DNA of 64,000 bases from an uncultured Chloroflexia bacterium (GCA_963840255.1 CAWIYB010000005.1:384007-448006); one strand, 5' to 3'; counted from the stretch's first letter, positions 1 to 11,319 are shown. Notes: generated by a model not told the origin, from the sequence alone. Numbers and translations: made by a program.

Positions 1-70
1 GCTTTGGCATGCATACTTGAGGTCTCTCGGACTCTGCCAATTGAATTAAAAAGCCTGTGGATTCTTCACG

Positions 71-529
71 ATGAAACCTAGAGCAGCAGTCATACTCATA
101 CAAAATGATAATATTGCCCTGATTGAACGATACCGTTCCGGAAAGCATTATCTCGTTTTTCCTGGCGGCAAAATCGAGGCTGGAGAAATTGCAGCGTTTG
201 CTGCAAAAAGGGAATTAATGGAGGAGCTTGGATTGGATATAGAAATTGGTCAGATGGTCGCGGAAGTCTGGTATGAGGAGACACCTCAATACTACTTTTT
301 AGGTCGCACAATCGGCGGTCATTTTGGTCTTGGCACAGGAAAAGAAATGAACAGCCCACCTGAATCAAAAAAAGGTTCACATCTTCCTGTGTGGATTCCG
401 GTAGAGGATCTTTTAAGTCAACCGGTGCTACCGAGATTGATGGCTGAGTTTGTTCTAAGCTCTCACCACTACGGATGGCCGAAGCAACCTCTCATCGTGA
501 CTGACCAATCCTCTGATGAGTCACTTTAA
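71..529 (+). CDS. NUDIX hydrolase
   Basis: 152-aa ORF with a Nudix box, GGKIEAGEIAAFAAKRELMEELGL (pattern GX5EX7REUXEEXGU). Confidence 0.85.
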   Translation: MKPRAAVILIQNDNIALIERYRSGKHYLVFPGGKIEAGEIAAFAAKRELMEELGLDIEIGQMVAEVWYEETPQYYFLGRTIGGHFGLGTGKEMNSPPESKKGSHLPVWIPVEDLLSQPVLPRLMAEFVLSSHHYGWPKQPLIVTDQSSDESL

Positions 530-579
530 TTAGTGGACAACTAAATTCATTATCCTTCAATTTAGTTAGAGTTTATCCC

Positions 580-1794
580 ATGCATATCTTATTGATCCAC
601 CAGGCTTTTGCATCCTTGGATGAACCCGGCGGCACGCGTCATCACGAGCTGGCGCGTTATTTAGCCTCACAAGGTCATAAGGTAACGATCATCACAAGTC
701 CGATAAACTACCTTACTGGGAAAGCCCGGTCTACCAAAATACCATGGTCGGAGAAACAGACCGATGGAGACCTGATCACTATTATACGAGCATATACCTA
801 CCCATCATTACATCGAAACTTTACCTTTCGGTTATTCAGTTTCTTCAGTTTTATGATCTCATCTTTCATCATTGGTATAAACGTTAAGAATGTCGATTTG
901 GTCTGGGGTACTTCACCACCAATATTTCAAGGATTTACCGCATGGTTATTAGCCTGGGTTAAACGACTTACATTTCTATTCGAAGTCCGAGATCTCTGGC
1001 CTGCATTTGCTGTTGCTGTCGGTGTATTAAAAAACCCCCTATTGATTACTCTTTCGGAATGGCTAGAGTCTTTCCTTTACCATAGAGCGAATCTAGTTGT
1101 GGTAAATTCGCCTGGGTTCATCCAGCATATAAAAAATCGAGGCGCATCTAGAGTGGAGCTCGTTCCCAACGGTACCGATACAACCATGTTCACTCCAGAT
1201 ATCGATGGAAGATATTTCAAGCGTTTACATGGTCTCGATGGGAAATTCGTGTTACTCTACGCTGGAGCTCATGGTTTATCCAACGACCTTGGTATTGTGT
1301 TGAAAGCAGCAAAAATACTCTTTCAACGAAAAGACATCATTTTTGTCCTGCTCGGAGATGGCAAAGATAAACCTGCCTTACAAGTACAGGCTTCCAGCGA
1401 GGGGTTGGATAATATCATTTTCCTGCCTCCAATACCTAAAGTCGAGATGCCTTCAGCACTTGCCGCTGCTGACGCTTGTATAGCCATTCTTAAGCCTGTG
1501 GAAATGTATAAGACCACTTATCCCAATAAAGTTTTCGATTATATGGCAGCCGGAAAACCAACTATTCTGGCAATTGACGGAGTCATGCGCGAGGTTGTTG
1601 AAGATGCGAATGCGGGGATTCCAGTTCATCCAGGCGATCCGGAAGAATTGAGCCAGGCTATTCTACGCTTGGCTGACAACCCAGAATTAGCCCAACAAAT
1701 GGGTTGTCAGGCACGAATATATGTGGAAAATCACTTTGACCGGACGATCCTTGCTTCTAAATTGATGGAAATAATGCTTTCCATGGTTGCATGA
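580..1794 (+). CDS. Glycosyltransferase, family 4 (GT-B fold)
   Basis: 404-aa ORF. The N-terminal HQAF..EPGGTRHHELARYL and C-terminal YPNKVFDYMAAGKP segments are typical of GT4/WcaI-like enzymes. Confidence 0.8.
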   Translation: MHILLIHQAFASLDEPGGTRHHELARYLASQGHKVTIITSPINYLTGKARSTKIPWSEKQTDGDLITIIRAYTYPSLHRNFTFRLFSFFSFMISSFIIGINVKNVDLVWGTSPPIFQGFTAWLLAWVKRLTFLFEVRDLWPAFAVAVGVLKNPLLITLSEWLESFLYHRANLVVVNSPGFIQHIKNRGASRVELVPNGTDTTMFTPDIDGRYFKRLHGLDGKFVLLYAGAHGLSNDLGIVLKAAKILFQRKDIIFVLLGDGKDKPALQVQASSEGLDNIIFLPPIPKVEMPSALAAADACIAILKPVEMYKTTYPNKVFDYMAAGKPTILAIDGVMREVVEDANAGIPVHPGDPEELSQAILRLADNPELAQQMGCQARIYVENHFDRTILASKLMEIMLSMVA

Positions 1795-3095
1795 GCACCG
1801 CCCTACAACCTCCTATTGCTAAACAAACCGAGGAAATTGACATAGCGGAACGCAACAAACGTTATGTTCAAATTGATGCCGTTGGTGTAGGCACCGCCAG
1901 TGCTGCTGCTCCATTTCTTCCTGTGTTTTTAACGCGTCTCGGAGCAACCCCCGTGCAGGTTGGATTATTGACTTCGATGCCAGGTATTACGGGTTTTTTC
2001 ATGGCTATCTGGGTCGGTAGGTTCTTGCAGCGGCAGCGTAGTGTCGTTCCCTGGTTCAGTTTGTCCCGACTTTTGGTCATCTCGGCTTATGCCCTTACTG
2101 GATTGGCACCTTTTTTTGTGCCCGACAACCTCCTAATCCTTGTCATTCTGATTATATGGGCAGCTGTGACCCTTCCCCAAACCATGGTGGCTGTAGGCTT
2201 CTCGGTCGTAATGAACGCTGTCTCGGGACCAGAAGGGCGTTACGATCTGATGAGCCGTCGCTGGTCGATCCTTGGACTCACGACTGCGGTTACTGTCGCC
2301 ATCGCAGGGCAGGTATTAGATCGCATTGGTTTCCACCTTAATTATCAAATTGTTTTTATAGGGTTATCAATGGGGGGTCTGATTAGTTATTATTTTTCAA
2401 GCCGTATAAAAATTCCTGATGCTGAGCCTGTGGAAATTGTAACTCATCATTCATTCAAATCGAGCTTGAATGAATATTACCAGTTGATCAATTCATCGCC
2501 TGATTTTGTTTCCTTCACACTAAAACGTTTTGTATATCTCTTTGGAATTACTTTAGCGACCCCCTTATTCCCGCTCTATTTTGTGCGGGAATTAAATGCC
2601 TCAGATGCCTGGATAGGATTATTGTACACAGCCCAAACAGCTGTCTTGGTAGTGGGATATTTCTTCTGGACCCGCCAATCCCGTCGAAAAGGATCCAGGT
2701 TTGTCTTGCTAATTACAACTTTTTGTGTAGCTTTATATCCCGGATTAGTAGCTTTAACCAACAATCAAACCATGATTTTTATCTTTTCAACAACAGCGGG
2801 GATATTTCAGGCAGGTATCGATCTGGTATTTTTCGATGAGCTGATGAAAACCATCCCACCACGTTATAGCCCCACTTTCGTTTCTCTCGCTCAAAGTATT
2901 CAATATCTTTCCGCAATCGTGGCGCCTATAGCAGGTACATTCCTGGCTGCATATTTCGGGTTAACCACTGCCCTTCTGTTTAGTACAGGAGTACGTTTGG
3001 TCGGATTTATTTTATTTGCCCGGCAAGACCATCGACCAGTAAATTTATATCCGCCTACTGAAATCCAACCTTCCGAAAATAGTTCGACAGATTAA
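1791..3095 (+). CDS. MFS-type transporter
   Basis: 434-aa ORF with about 12 hydrophobic segments. It overlaps the upstream glycosyltransferase by 4 nt. Confidence 0.65.
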   Translation: MSTALQPPIAKQTEEIDIAERNKRYVQIDAVGVGTASAAAPFLPVFLTRLGATPVQVGLLTSMPGITGFFMAIWVGRFLQRQRSVVPWFSLSRLLVISAYALTGLAPFFVPDNLLILVILIIWAAVTLPQTMVAVGFSVVMNAVSGPEGRYDLMSRRWSILGLTTAVTVAIAGQVLDRIGFHLNYQIVFIGLSMGGLISYYFSSRIKIPDAEPVEIVTHHSFKSSLNEYYQLINSSPDFVSFTLKRFVYLFGITLATPLFPLYFVRELNASDAWIGLLYTAQTAVLVVGYFFWTRQSRRKGSRFVLLITTFCVALYPGLVALTNNQTMIFIFSTTAGIFQAGIDLVFFDELMKTIPPRYSPTFVSLAQSIQYLSAIVAPIAGTFLAAYFGLTTALLFSTGVRLVGFILFARQDHRPVNLYPPTEIQPSENSSTD

Positions 3096-3113
3096 ACAGG
3101 TTATAATCGCCTC

Positions 3114-4031
3114 ATGACCAAAGCTAAATCACCAGAGGATTTATCCATTGATGAGCTGAGGCAGCTTTTGGTGGAAAAACGGCGGATGACCCGTATGGAA
3201 CATTTGGAACGTTTTCGCCATACTGGTAGAGTGGTTACAGTAACATCGGATCAAGCAAGCGATCCGCATAGTCACCTCCACTCAAGCGCTGATCCTCAAC
3301 CAAATCTTGAGGACCGTCGACCGCCACTAATTGAGCGAATAAAACACTCTCTGGATCATTTTTTACTCGCTATAGAAATAATTGCAGTAATCGGATTATT
3401 TATAATTATCTTTACCGGTATTCAAATTCTCCGCAATTTAAACGCTCAGTTCAGCGCATCATTAATCCCTTCCACCCTCACGCCTACTCCGCTCATCGTT
3501 CCAGTGATTTTGCCATCTGGGCACACTCCACCGAACTCTCAAAATGGTGCCCAGCCAAACGAAGGTGAAATCCCGTCCCATTTACTCCCGCTCTACCAAT
3601 CAATGGCACAAATACCAATCCCAACACCTGGGCCTGAACAAGCTATCCAAATCCAAATACCAATGATTAATGTTGATGCCCCGGTTGTTCAAGGAGACGG
3701 ATGGGAACAATTAAAAAAGGGAGTTGCTCAACATACCGGTTCAGCGAATCCAGGTCAAACTGGAAATATCGTCTTATCAGCACACAATGATGTTTTTGGT
3801 GAAATATTCCGCTATTTGGATCAATTAAACAAAGGTGACGAAATTATAATTTACACTGCAAACCATACCTTCACCTACATTATTACTGATATAAAAATCG
3901 TTTCCCCCACCAATGTTGAGGTTATGGCAGCCACCTCCAATCCCACGGTGACATTAATATCCTGTTATCCGTACATGGTCGATAACAAACGGATTGTTGT
4001 CCAAGCTAGTTTCGAAAATGGCGATAAATAA
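3114..4031 (+). CDS. Membrane-anchored sortase family transpeptidase
   Basis: Charged N-terminal tail and a single TM segment. The C-terminal domain has LSAHN (catalytic His region) and TLISCYP (TLxTC catalytic Cys motif). Confidence 0.8.
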   Translation: MTKAKSPEDLSIDELRQLLVEKRRMTRMEHLERFRHTGRVVTVTSDQASDPHSHLHSSADPQPNLEDRRPPLIERIKHSLDHFLLAIEIIAVIGLFIIIFTGIQILRNLNAQFSASLIPSTLTPTPLIVPVILPSGHTPPNSQNGAQPNEGEIPSHLLPLYQSMAQIPIPTPGPEQAIQIQIPMINVDAPVVQGDGWEQLKKGVAQHTGSANPGQTGNIVLSAHNDVFGEIFRYLDQLNKGDEIIIYTANHTFTYIITDIKIVSPTNVEVMAATSNPTVTLISCYPYMVDNKRIVVQASFENGDK

Positions 4032-4102
4032 GATTTATAATAAGGGTCGAATATTTATCGGGTGAGTAATGACCTCATAATGTCCTCACACCTGAATCTT
4101 CT

Positions 4103-4318
4103 GTGGAGTGGTGCATGGCAAAAAAAACAAAACGTCAAGTTGGTAGAGAAATAAATCCCAATACAGATAAATCAATGTCTGATCCATTGGTCGGTAACCG
4201 CCAAACAGGTTTTAATCCTGACTACCATTATGTGATTAAAGATATTCGCCGGGTTGGTATCTTGGCAGGATCTTTTATCGTTGTCCTGGTTACATTAGCA
4301 ATAATCCTACATTTATAA
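4103..4318 (+). CDS. Small membrane protein, function unknown
   Basis: 71-aa ORF with a basic N-terminus and one C-terminal TM segment (ILAGSFIVVLVTLAIIL). No recognisable family. Confidence 0.35.
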   Translation: MEWCMAKKTKRQVGREINPNTDKSMSDPLVGNRQTGFNPDYHYVIKDIRRVGILAGSFIVVLVTLAIILHL

Positions 4319-4365
4319 CCGGGCATCAAGGCTGGTGTCCTTGATTATGATATAAAGGTGGGCAA

Positions 4366-5508
4366 GTGGTAAGACAACGCTGGCCATATGCAACTAAATT
4401 AGTAGTTAGCCTGCTATTATTGGCTTTTTTTATCTACCTTCTTACTCGATTCCGTGAGATCATCCCACCGATAATTATTGCCATTATCCTCGCTTACATC
4501 TTCAATCCAATCGTAAATTTCCTCCAGAGCAAGATTCAGCTGCCGAGAGCGCTTCTAATACTAATTACCTATCTCCTTTTCATCGGAATTATTACAGCAA
4601 TTCTTATATTGATTATCCCCAGGATGGGCAAAAACCTGGAACAGCTGCAAATAGACCCTCAACAAATCATCACATCCATTGAGAATGCCCTGGCGCAGGA
4701 GTACCGAGTGGCAGGTTTTACGATCCACCCGAGTGCTTTAGCAGCTCAATTATTCGGTGCCCTGCAAGGGTTAGTCCAACCTGTTGTTGGCCAGACGGTA
4801 ACACTCGTAAAGAATATAATTACATCCTTTATTTGGCTCATCTTTATATTCCTAGTCTCTTTTTACCTGATCAAGGATGGCTCGAAGCTTGAGGAATGGG
4901 TTGGTTCCCATCTTCCGCCCATGTTGTCTCCAGACTATAAATGGATCCTGGATGAGATCAAAAAAATCTGGGGGGCATTTTTTCGAGGGCAGCTGTTATT
5001 AAGTACGATAGTCGCAATGATTTTTATTGTTGTGGGTCTAATCATTGGTTTGCCCTTCGCAATAGTCATGGGTGTTCTAGCTGGACTTCTTGAGTTTCTT
5101 CCCAGTATCGGACATGCGATATGGTTGTTAATCGCTTCACTACTGGCATTTTTCCTCGGCTCTACGTGGATTCCCGTTCCTAATTGGGCATTCATGCTGA
5201 TCGTCATCGGGCTTCACCTCATCTTCGAGCAGTTTGATTTAAACTATCTGATCCCAAGAATTGTTGGTCGAAGTGTACACTTACCCCCTTTGGTGGTTAT
5301 ATTTGGGATTGTTGCTGGAGCTATCCTTGCGGGAGTAATAGGTATACCCTTGGCAGCGCCTACAATCGCCTCGCTGCGTGTTATTGGGCGTTATATCTTT
5401 GCTAATCTGTTTGATATGGAATGGGCACCTGTTAGTACAGTCCAACCGCTTCCACCACCAAAGGCATATTGGTGGCAGCGTAGCCAAAGAAGAGAGAAAA
5501 TGCAATGA
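4366..5508 (+). CDS. AI-2E family transporter (PerM-like permease)
   Basis: 380-aa polytopic ORF with conserved LLEFLPSIG and LNYLIPRIVG segments typical of the AI-2E/UPF0118 family. Confidence 0.8.
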   Translation: MVRQRWPYATKLVVSLLLLAFFIYLLTRFREIIPPIIIAIILAYIFNPIVNFLQSKIQLPRALLILITYLLFIGIITAILILIIPRMGKNLEQLQIDPQQIITSIENALAQEYRVAGFTIHPSALAAQLFGALQGLVQPVVGQTVTLVKNIITSFIWLIFIFLVSFYLIKDGSKLEEWVGSHLPPMLSPDYKWILDEIKKIWGAFFRGQLLLSTIVAMIFIVVGLIIGLPFAIVMGVLAGLLEFLPSIGHAIWLLIASLLAFFLGSTWIPVPNWAFMLIVIGLHLIFEQFDLNYLIPRIVGRSVHLPPLVVIFGIVAGAILAGVIGIPLAAPTIASLRVIGRYIFANLFDMEWAPVSTVQPLPPPKAYWWQRSQRREKMQ

Positions 5509-6728
5509 GCGTTGAAAAACCCAACTCTGCTTCACCAAAATGGGGCTCAACTTTTAAGATGGTTATTGGACTCATCGTTGCTGGATTGATCATCGCAATG
5601 CTGATTTATTTCCGCTCCATAATAGGGCCATTGATTTTAGCTTTTATCCTTGTATATTTACTGCATCCTGTGGCTGCATCATTAGATACTCACACCAGGC
5701 TCTCATGGCGCGCATCGGTAAACATCATTTATGTGATCCTGTTAATCTTATTGATTGGTGTGTCCACACTGACTGGACTTGCAGCAATACAACAAATTCA
5801 AAGTTTGATTAAGGTCGTTGAACGTTTCGTCACAGAGCTTCCCAATGTTATTGATAAATTATCCAGCCAGATGATAATTCTCGGACCCTACAGGATCGAC
5901 CTCAGTCAATTCACCGACCTTGGACAGTTTGGAGACCAGGTCATAGGTACTTTACAATCACTACTTGGTAGAGCTGGGACAATAGTTGGAACTTTAGCAA
6001 CAGCCACGGCCAGTACAATAGGATGGGGCTTCTTTGTCCTGATTATCTCTTACTTTATTCTGGCAGATGCCGGTAAAGTTCCAAATGTACTCAATTATAT
6101 AGACATTCCTGGATATTCCCAGGATATCCAAAAAATGAGCAAAGCTCTTGGTCGAAGCTGGAACGCATTCCTAAGGGGTCAACTGACCATTGTTATAATG
6201 GTTATCATAAGTTATACGATACTACTATCGATTCTCGGCGTACGATTTGCCTTTGCTATAGCTATCTTAGCAGGATTAGCACGCTTTATACCTTATATTG
6301 GGCCATTGATAACCTACATCGTAATGGGGCTAGTGACCCTTTTTCAAGGGGGTAACTACTTCAATCTTCAGCCGATGTATTACACAGCCCTGTGTATTGG
6401 ACTCTCAATCATCTTGGATCAAGTATATGATAATCTAGTGTCTCCACGCATCATGGGAAAAAGCCTGGGCGTGCACCCAGCGGCTGTGTTGGTGGTCGCT
6501 ATCATAGCGGCCAACCTGATCGGAATTATCGGCTTGGTTTTAGCCGCTCCTGTATTGGCGAGTGCGACAATCGTCGGACGTTATACGATCAATAAAATGC
6601 TCGACAGAGATCCGTGGATTGGTCTCAAGGAAGAATCAGAGCCAATGGGCTTTCATTGGTTCGGGAGAATTTTTAAATACCTGACCGAGTGGTGGAATTC
6701 TAGAAAAAGCAATAAAGTACTTAAATAA
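5505..6728 (+). CDS. AI-2E family transporter (paralog)
   Basis: 407-aa polytopic ORF with ARFIPYIGP and DNLVSPRIMG motifs. It overlaps the previous paralog by 4 nt. Confidence 0.8.
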   Translation: MSVEKPNSASPKWGSTFKMVIGLIVAGLIIAMLIYFRSIIGPLILAFILVYLLHPVAASLDTHTRLSWRASVNIIYVILLILLIGVSTLTGLAAIQQIQSLIKVVERFVTELPNVIDKLSSQMIILGPYRIDLSQFTDLGQFGDQVIGTLQSLLGRAGTIVGTLATATASTIGWGFFVLIISYFILADAGKVPNVLNYIDIPGYSQDIQKMSKALGRSWNAFLRGQLTIVIMVIISYTILLSILGVRFAFAIAILAGLARFIPYIGPLITYIVMGLVTLFQGGNYFNLQPMYYTALCIGLSIILDQVYDNLVSPRIMGKSLGVHPAAVLVVAIIAANLIGIIGLVLAAPVLASATIVGRYTINKMLDRDPWIGLKEESEPMGFHWFGRIFKYLTEWWNSRKSNKVLK

Positions 6729-6802
6729 TAATTAATTAGAAAGAACAATAGGTCTTTGCAAGCTATTTTACGCAGATAATATGGTTGAATAAACCCACAG
6801 GA

Positions 6803-8149
6803 TTAAATCGATAGTTTTGATTGACCGTAAATTTGTTCTCGAATCCTAATCACCTGGCGTCGGAGCTTATCATCCCGCTCAAGCAGATCTGTTACTTTTT
6901 GACAGGCATACATCACGGTGGTGTGGTCTCTTCCGCCCATTGCATTCCCAATCTTCGGCAATGAGAAATTAGCGTCTTCACGGAGCAAATACATGACAAT
7001 TTGTCTGGGAAGTACTACTTCCTGCCTGCGGTCAGGGCCGATTAAGTTTTCCACGGATACCCCAAATTCTCCAGCTACCTGGGTCATCACGTCAGATGGT
7101 TCAATCGTGCTGGGTTTGGGAAGCAAATCAGCTAAAGCTATATCAACCAGCTTAACATTTAACGGTAAGTTACCCAAGTCACTGAGGGCAAGAACCCTGG
7201 TTAAACTCCCTTCAAGCTCGCGTATGTTTGACTGTACGCGCCGCGCGATGGTTTCCACAATTTCTTCTGGGATTCTCCGACCAATTCGCTCAGATTTTGA
7301 CCTGAGGATCGCCACACGCGTTTCGAAATCAGGGGGTTGAATATCCGCAGCTAACCCGCACTGGAATCGAGATCGTAAACGCTCTTCCAAAGTAACGAGT
7401 GCCTTGGGGGGTCTGTCGGAGGTGATTACGATTTGCTTATCTTGGCCATGCAAAGAATTAAATGTGTGGAAAAACTCCTCCTGGGTAGATTCTTTACCTG
7501 CGATGAATTGGATGTCATCAATTAATAAAATGTCAATATGGCGATATTTTTCACGGAATGCAGGGGTTGTATGTGTACGAATAGCATCGATTAGATCATT
7601 GGTGAATTCTTCGGATGTTACGTAAAGCACACTCTGCTTATGTTTGATACAGTAGTTGCCAATGGCATGTAATAAATGGGTTTTCCCGAGGCCAACACCA
7701 CCATATAAAAATAAAGGGTTATATGCCTGTGCCGGTCGTTCGGCTACTGCGAGTGAGGCTGCATGGGCTAACCTGTTGGAGGACCCCACAACATAGTTTT
7801 CAAAAGCATAGCGGTTTATCAGTGCACAATTACTTCCCTGGGTTGGTGTTTCTTCAGGTTCTGCTTCCGGAAGTACCACTTCTGCAGCTGTAGGTACACT
7901 TGCCTCATGCCACACGATAAACCGCAATGAGACTGTCTTATTCATGATTCCGCATAACAAGCGTTTTATCTTACTTGTCAGGCGGCTCTCTAACCAATCA
8001 AGCGCATACGTATTGGGAACACCAATAATAAAAACATTGTCCTCATAACTGACAATTTCTGCATTCCTGACCCATGTATCAAAAGAAGCTTTGGGCATAT
8101 CCATTTGCAGCTGGCCCAATACAGCCTGCCATGCTTGCTCAGCTTTCAT
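6803..8149 (-). CDS. dnaA: Chromosomal replication initiator protein DnaA
   Basis: 448 aa. It has the N-terminal WQAVLGQLQ..FDTWV segment, Walker A GGVGLGKTHLLHAIGN, LLIDDIQF, and the C-terminal DNA-binding helix region GGRDHTTVMYACQKV. Confidence 0.95.
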   Translation of the reverse strand: MKAEQAWQAVLGQLQMDMPKASFDTWVRNAEIVSYEDNVFIIGVPNTYALDWLESRLTSKIKRLLCGIMNKTVSLRFIVWHEASVPTAAEVVLPEAEPEETPTQGSNCALINRYAFENYVVGSSNRLAHAASLAVAERPAQAYNPLFLYGGVGLGKTHLLHAIGNYCIKHKQSVLYVTSEEFTNDLIDAIRTHTTPAFREKYRHIDILLIDDIQFIAGKESTQEEFFHTFNSLHGQDKQIVITSDRPPKALVTLEERLRSRFQCGLAADIQPPDFETRVAILRSKSERIGRRIPEEIVETIARRVQSNIRELEGSLTRVLALSDLGNLPLNVKLVDIALADLLPKPSTIEPSDVMTQVAGEFGVSVENLIGPDRRQEVVLPRQIVMYLLREDANFSLPKIGNAMGGRDHTTVMYACQKVTDLLERDDKLRRQVIRIREQIYGQSKLSI

Positions 8150-8902
8150 GCGACCCTTCCTCCTCTTGCTCAGGATGCAAAGATAGCGAGATAGATAATC
8201 CCGGTTAGTTATCTATCGGTTATTGAACTTATTATTCACCTGCTTTATATTTTTACGGAAAAGCCAGCCGATCTCGTCCATATTTAGGCTGGCCAACCAT
8301 ACTAACAACCTTCTATAATGCCATGATTCCTGCATCATTCTAGCAGAAAATAAGCATGCTATGCAATACTTTTACCCTACGGTATCTTTAAAATAACGAA
8401 TTATTTAAGAATCCTATTCTTAAAATAATCTCTTCATTTCACCTGGAATTGTGAAAACTTTTATTATCGACTGGTATTATTTTCTTGCCTGGAGATTAGG
8501 GAACATGTGTTCTTACCCCCATATATGGCATATGATTGAGAATTTTTACGAAAATACACATATATGGCGGTGAAAATATTCAAAGCTCAATACGTAATAT
8601 TTTTACTCCTCCTCATATTGTTCACAAAAAATGGCACATATTTAAGTCGATTCTCGCGGAAACTTACGAAAGATTAATATATCAATCTCCATAATTATTC
8701 AGTAGGAAACCCATTATAACAATTACAAGAAACCGATGGATGTGCCAATCTTTACTGGTCGCCCTGATAAATATATATCTCTCCTACGTCTCGTTAATAT
8801 GATTCTTGCATAAACAGGTTATGCTTCGTACATTCATTGATTAAAGTTTTATAAGGTGTGTTTTTTATATGTGAATTTTAAACATACCTGGGAGAGAATC
8901 AA
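8150..8902. other. Putative oriC / divergent dnaA-dnaK control region
   Basis: 753-bp ORF-free, visibly AT-rich spacer next to dnaA. Several 9-mers are 7-8/9 matches to the DnaA box TTATNCACA: 8233-8241 TTATTCACC, 8619-8627 TTGTTCACA, 8451-8459 (rc GTTTTCACA), 8871-8879 (rc AAATTCACA), 8570-8578 (rc ATTTTCACC), 8553-8561 AAATACACA. Confidence 0.35.
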
Positions 8903-10825
8903 ATGTCAAAGATAATAGGTATTGACCTCGGCACGACCAACAGTGTTGTAGCTGTAATCGAAGGCGGTAATCCAACCGTCATCACAACAGCTGAAGGATC
9001 ACGTTTGTTACCTTCTGTTGTCGGCTTCAATAAAAATGGCGAACGTATGGTCGGTCAAACTGCCAAACGACAGGCAGTTATTAATCCTGAAAATACAGTC
9101 TATTCAATTAAGCGGTTTATGGGTAGACGCTTCGATGATGTAGAAACCGAACGCAAGATGGTTTCTTATCAGGTAATTCAAGGCCCTACTAACGATGCAC
9201 GCGTGCGGATCCCAATTGTGAAAACCGATTATACACCTCAGGATATCTCATCCATGATACTTGGCAAGCTTAAGCAAGACGCAGAAGCTTTCCTGGGAGA
9301 ACCTGTAAAGCAGGCTGTGATTACAGTACCAGCCTACTTCAGCGATAGCCAGAGACAGGCAACAAAGGATGCAGGCAAGATAGCTGGTTTGGATGTATTA
9401 CGCATTATTAATGAGCCAACTGCTGCAGCTTTGGCTTATGGTCTGGATAAAATAGATAACGAGACCATTCTGGTATTTGACCTTGGAGGAGGTACTTTCG
9501 ATGTCTCTATCCTCGAAGTGGGTGGCGTTGTTATCGAAGTCCGTGCCACAAATGGTGATACGCATCTTGGAGGAGATGACTGGGATGAGCGTATCGTAAG
9601 TTGGGTGGCTGATCAATATCGGACCGACACTGGTATCGATTTAAGTAAGGATCGACAAGCGATGCAGCGGTTGCGCGAAGCTGCTGAAAAAGCCAAGATC
9701 GAGCTCTCAAGCGTTCTGGAGACTGAAATCAACTTGCCATATATTACGGCTGATATCAACGGACCCAAGCATCTGCAGACCAAATTGAGTCGTTCCCGCT
9801 TCGAACAGCTGACGGAGGATCTGGTGGCTCGATTACGACAACCGTTTCAGTCTGCCCTCAAAGATGCAAATATGAGTTCATCCGAAATAAAAGAAGTCGT
9901 TTTGGTCGGTGGCGCCACGCGCATGCCGATGGTTCAGGAGCTAGTCCGATCCTTGATCGATAAAGAGCCTCATAAAGGGGTGAACCCCGATGAAGTAGTA
10001 GCTATTGGGGCTGCCATTCAGGCAGGTGTTTTGGGTGGTGAAATTAAGGACGTATTGCTACTCGACGTGACTCCGCTTTCACTAGGACTGGAAACCCTGG
10101 GTGGAGTAATGACGGTCCTTATCGAACGCAACACCACCATCCCGGTGAAAAAGTCTGAAGTATTTTCTACTGCAGAGGATAACCAAACTGCTGTGGACAT
10201 CCACATTCTACAAGGTGAGCGGCCGATGGTTGCAGACAACATGAGCCTGGGTCGCTTTCGATTGGAAGGTATACCACCAACGATGCGTGGTACTCCGCAG
10301 ATCGAAGTGACCTTCGATATCGATGCCAACGGTATTCTCAATGTTACTGCACATGATAATGCCACTGACATAGAGCAGAAAGTCACTGTCACTGCCTCGA
10401 CGAACCTTAACAAGGATGAGATCGAGCGAAAAGTTCGTGAAGGGCGTGAACATGAGGCTGAAGACAAGCGCCAGCGGGAGCTAATACTGGCAAGAAACAC
10501 GGCAGATAGCTTTATATACCAGACAGAAAAAACCATGCGTGAGTTGCAGGATAAAGTCCCTGCCAGTGACAGGCAGAAAACTGAAGCAAAAATGAACCAG
10601 CTGCGGGAAGCAATGAAGGGAGATGATATAGGTCGGATAAACTCCCTTACTAACGAAGTTCAAAACGCTTTTTATGCTTTCAGCCAGCAACTTTATGCGG
10701 CTCAAGGGTCTAATCAGCCAGATGAGGGCACTTCTTCGGGACCTTCTTCTGGAGGAAATGGCCATTACCCTCGCAAACCAGATGATGAAGGTGAAGTCTT
10801 GGAAGGCGAATTTCGAGAAATATAA
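8903..10825 (+). CDS. dnaK: Molecular chaperone DnaK (Hsp70)
   Basis: 640 aa with [19 protein letters not shown] and [10 protein letters not shown] signatures. GGAG lies upstream of the ATG. Confidence 0.97.
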   Translation: MSKIIGIDLGTTNSVVAVIEGGNPTVITTAEGSRLLPSVVGFNKNGERMVGQTAKRQAVINPENTVYSIKRFMGRRFDDVETERKMVSYQVIQGPTNDARVRIPIVKTDYTPQDISSMILGKLKQDAEAFLGEPVKQAVITVPAYFSDSQRQATKDAGKIAGLDVLRIINEPTAAALAYGLDKIDNETILVFDLGGGTFDVSILEVGGVVIEVRATNGDTHLGGDDWDERIVSWVADQYRTDTGIDLSKDRQAMQRLREAAEKAKIELSSVLETEINLPYITADINGPKHLQTKLSRSRFEQLTEDLVARLRQPFQSALKDANMSSSEIKEVVLVGGATRMPMVQELVRSLIDKEPHKGVNPDEVVAIGAAIQAGVLGGEIKDVLLLDVTPLSLGLETLGGVMTVLIERNTTIPVKKSEVFSTAEDNQTAVDIHILQGERPMVADNMSLGRFRLEGIPPTMRGTPQIEVTFDIDANGILNVTAHDNATDIEQKVTVTASTNLNKDEIERKVREGREHEAEDKRQRELILARNTADSFIYQTEKTMRELQDKVPASDRQKTEAKMNQLREAMKGDDIGRINSLTNEVQNAFYAFSQQLYAAQGSNQPDEGTSSGPSSGGNGHYPRKPDDEGEVLEGEFREI

Positions 10826-10835
10826 TCGCTCTAAA

Positions 10836-10872
10836 CAGGCGAGCGGATGAACCGCTCGCCTGTTTTTATTTT
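10836..10872 (+). terminator. Rho-independent terminator of dnaK
   Basis: Perfect 11-bp stem CAGGCGAGCGG/CCGCTCGCCTG with loop ATGAA, followed by TTTTTATTTTT. Confidence 0.8.
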
Positions 10873-10900
10873 TATCGCCTGTGATAGAATTATCTAAGCT

Positions 10901-11293
10901 ATGAAATCAAACCTCTCTCCGCGAGTCGCCAATTTTTTACCGGCTGCATTATTCCTATTTATCATTGGCTGGGGAGGTTTGATACTATTAGTAATTTCTT
11001 CTTTACCAACTGTTGGACCTCGCTGGTTATTCTATTTCCTGTCTGTCCTGGCAATCACCGGAACAGCCCTACCATTCACAGCTTTTCTGAACCGTCGCTT
11101 TCCAAGTACACCCCCTCCCACATACTTTGTCGTCGTCAGGCAAGCCCTCTGGTTTGCTGTATACGTATCCACACTGATCTGGCTGCAGATGGGTCGAGTG
11201 CTCAACCCAGCTTTAGCGGTTCTACTGGCAATTGGTTTAGGTCTCATTGAATTCCTATTAAGGCTGAGTGAGAAAAGTCAGTGGAAGGGCTAA
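10901..11293 (+). CDS. Membrane protein, function unknown
   Basis: 130-aa ORF with four hydrophobic segments. No recognisable family. Confidence 0.45.
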   Translation: MKSNLSPRVANFLPAALFLFIIGWGGLILLVISSLPTVGPRWLFYFLSVLAITGTALPFTAFLNRRFPSTPPPTYFVVVRQALWFAVYVSTLIWLQMGRVLNPALAVLLAIGLGLIEFLLRLSEKSQWKG

Positions 11294-11319
11294 CAATTGC
11301 CTCATCATCCACTGGATAA

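Noticed and set aside
8150-8902. A CIRCE (TTAGCACTC-N9-GAGTGCTAA) or other heat-shock operator upstream of dnaK.
   Set aside because: No match or near match to the inverted repeat was found when reading the spacer.
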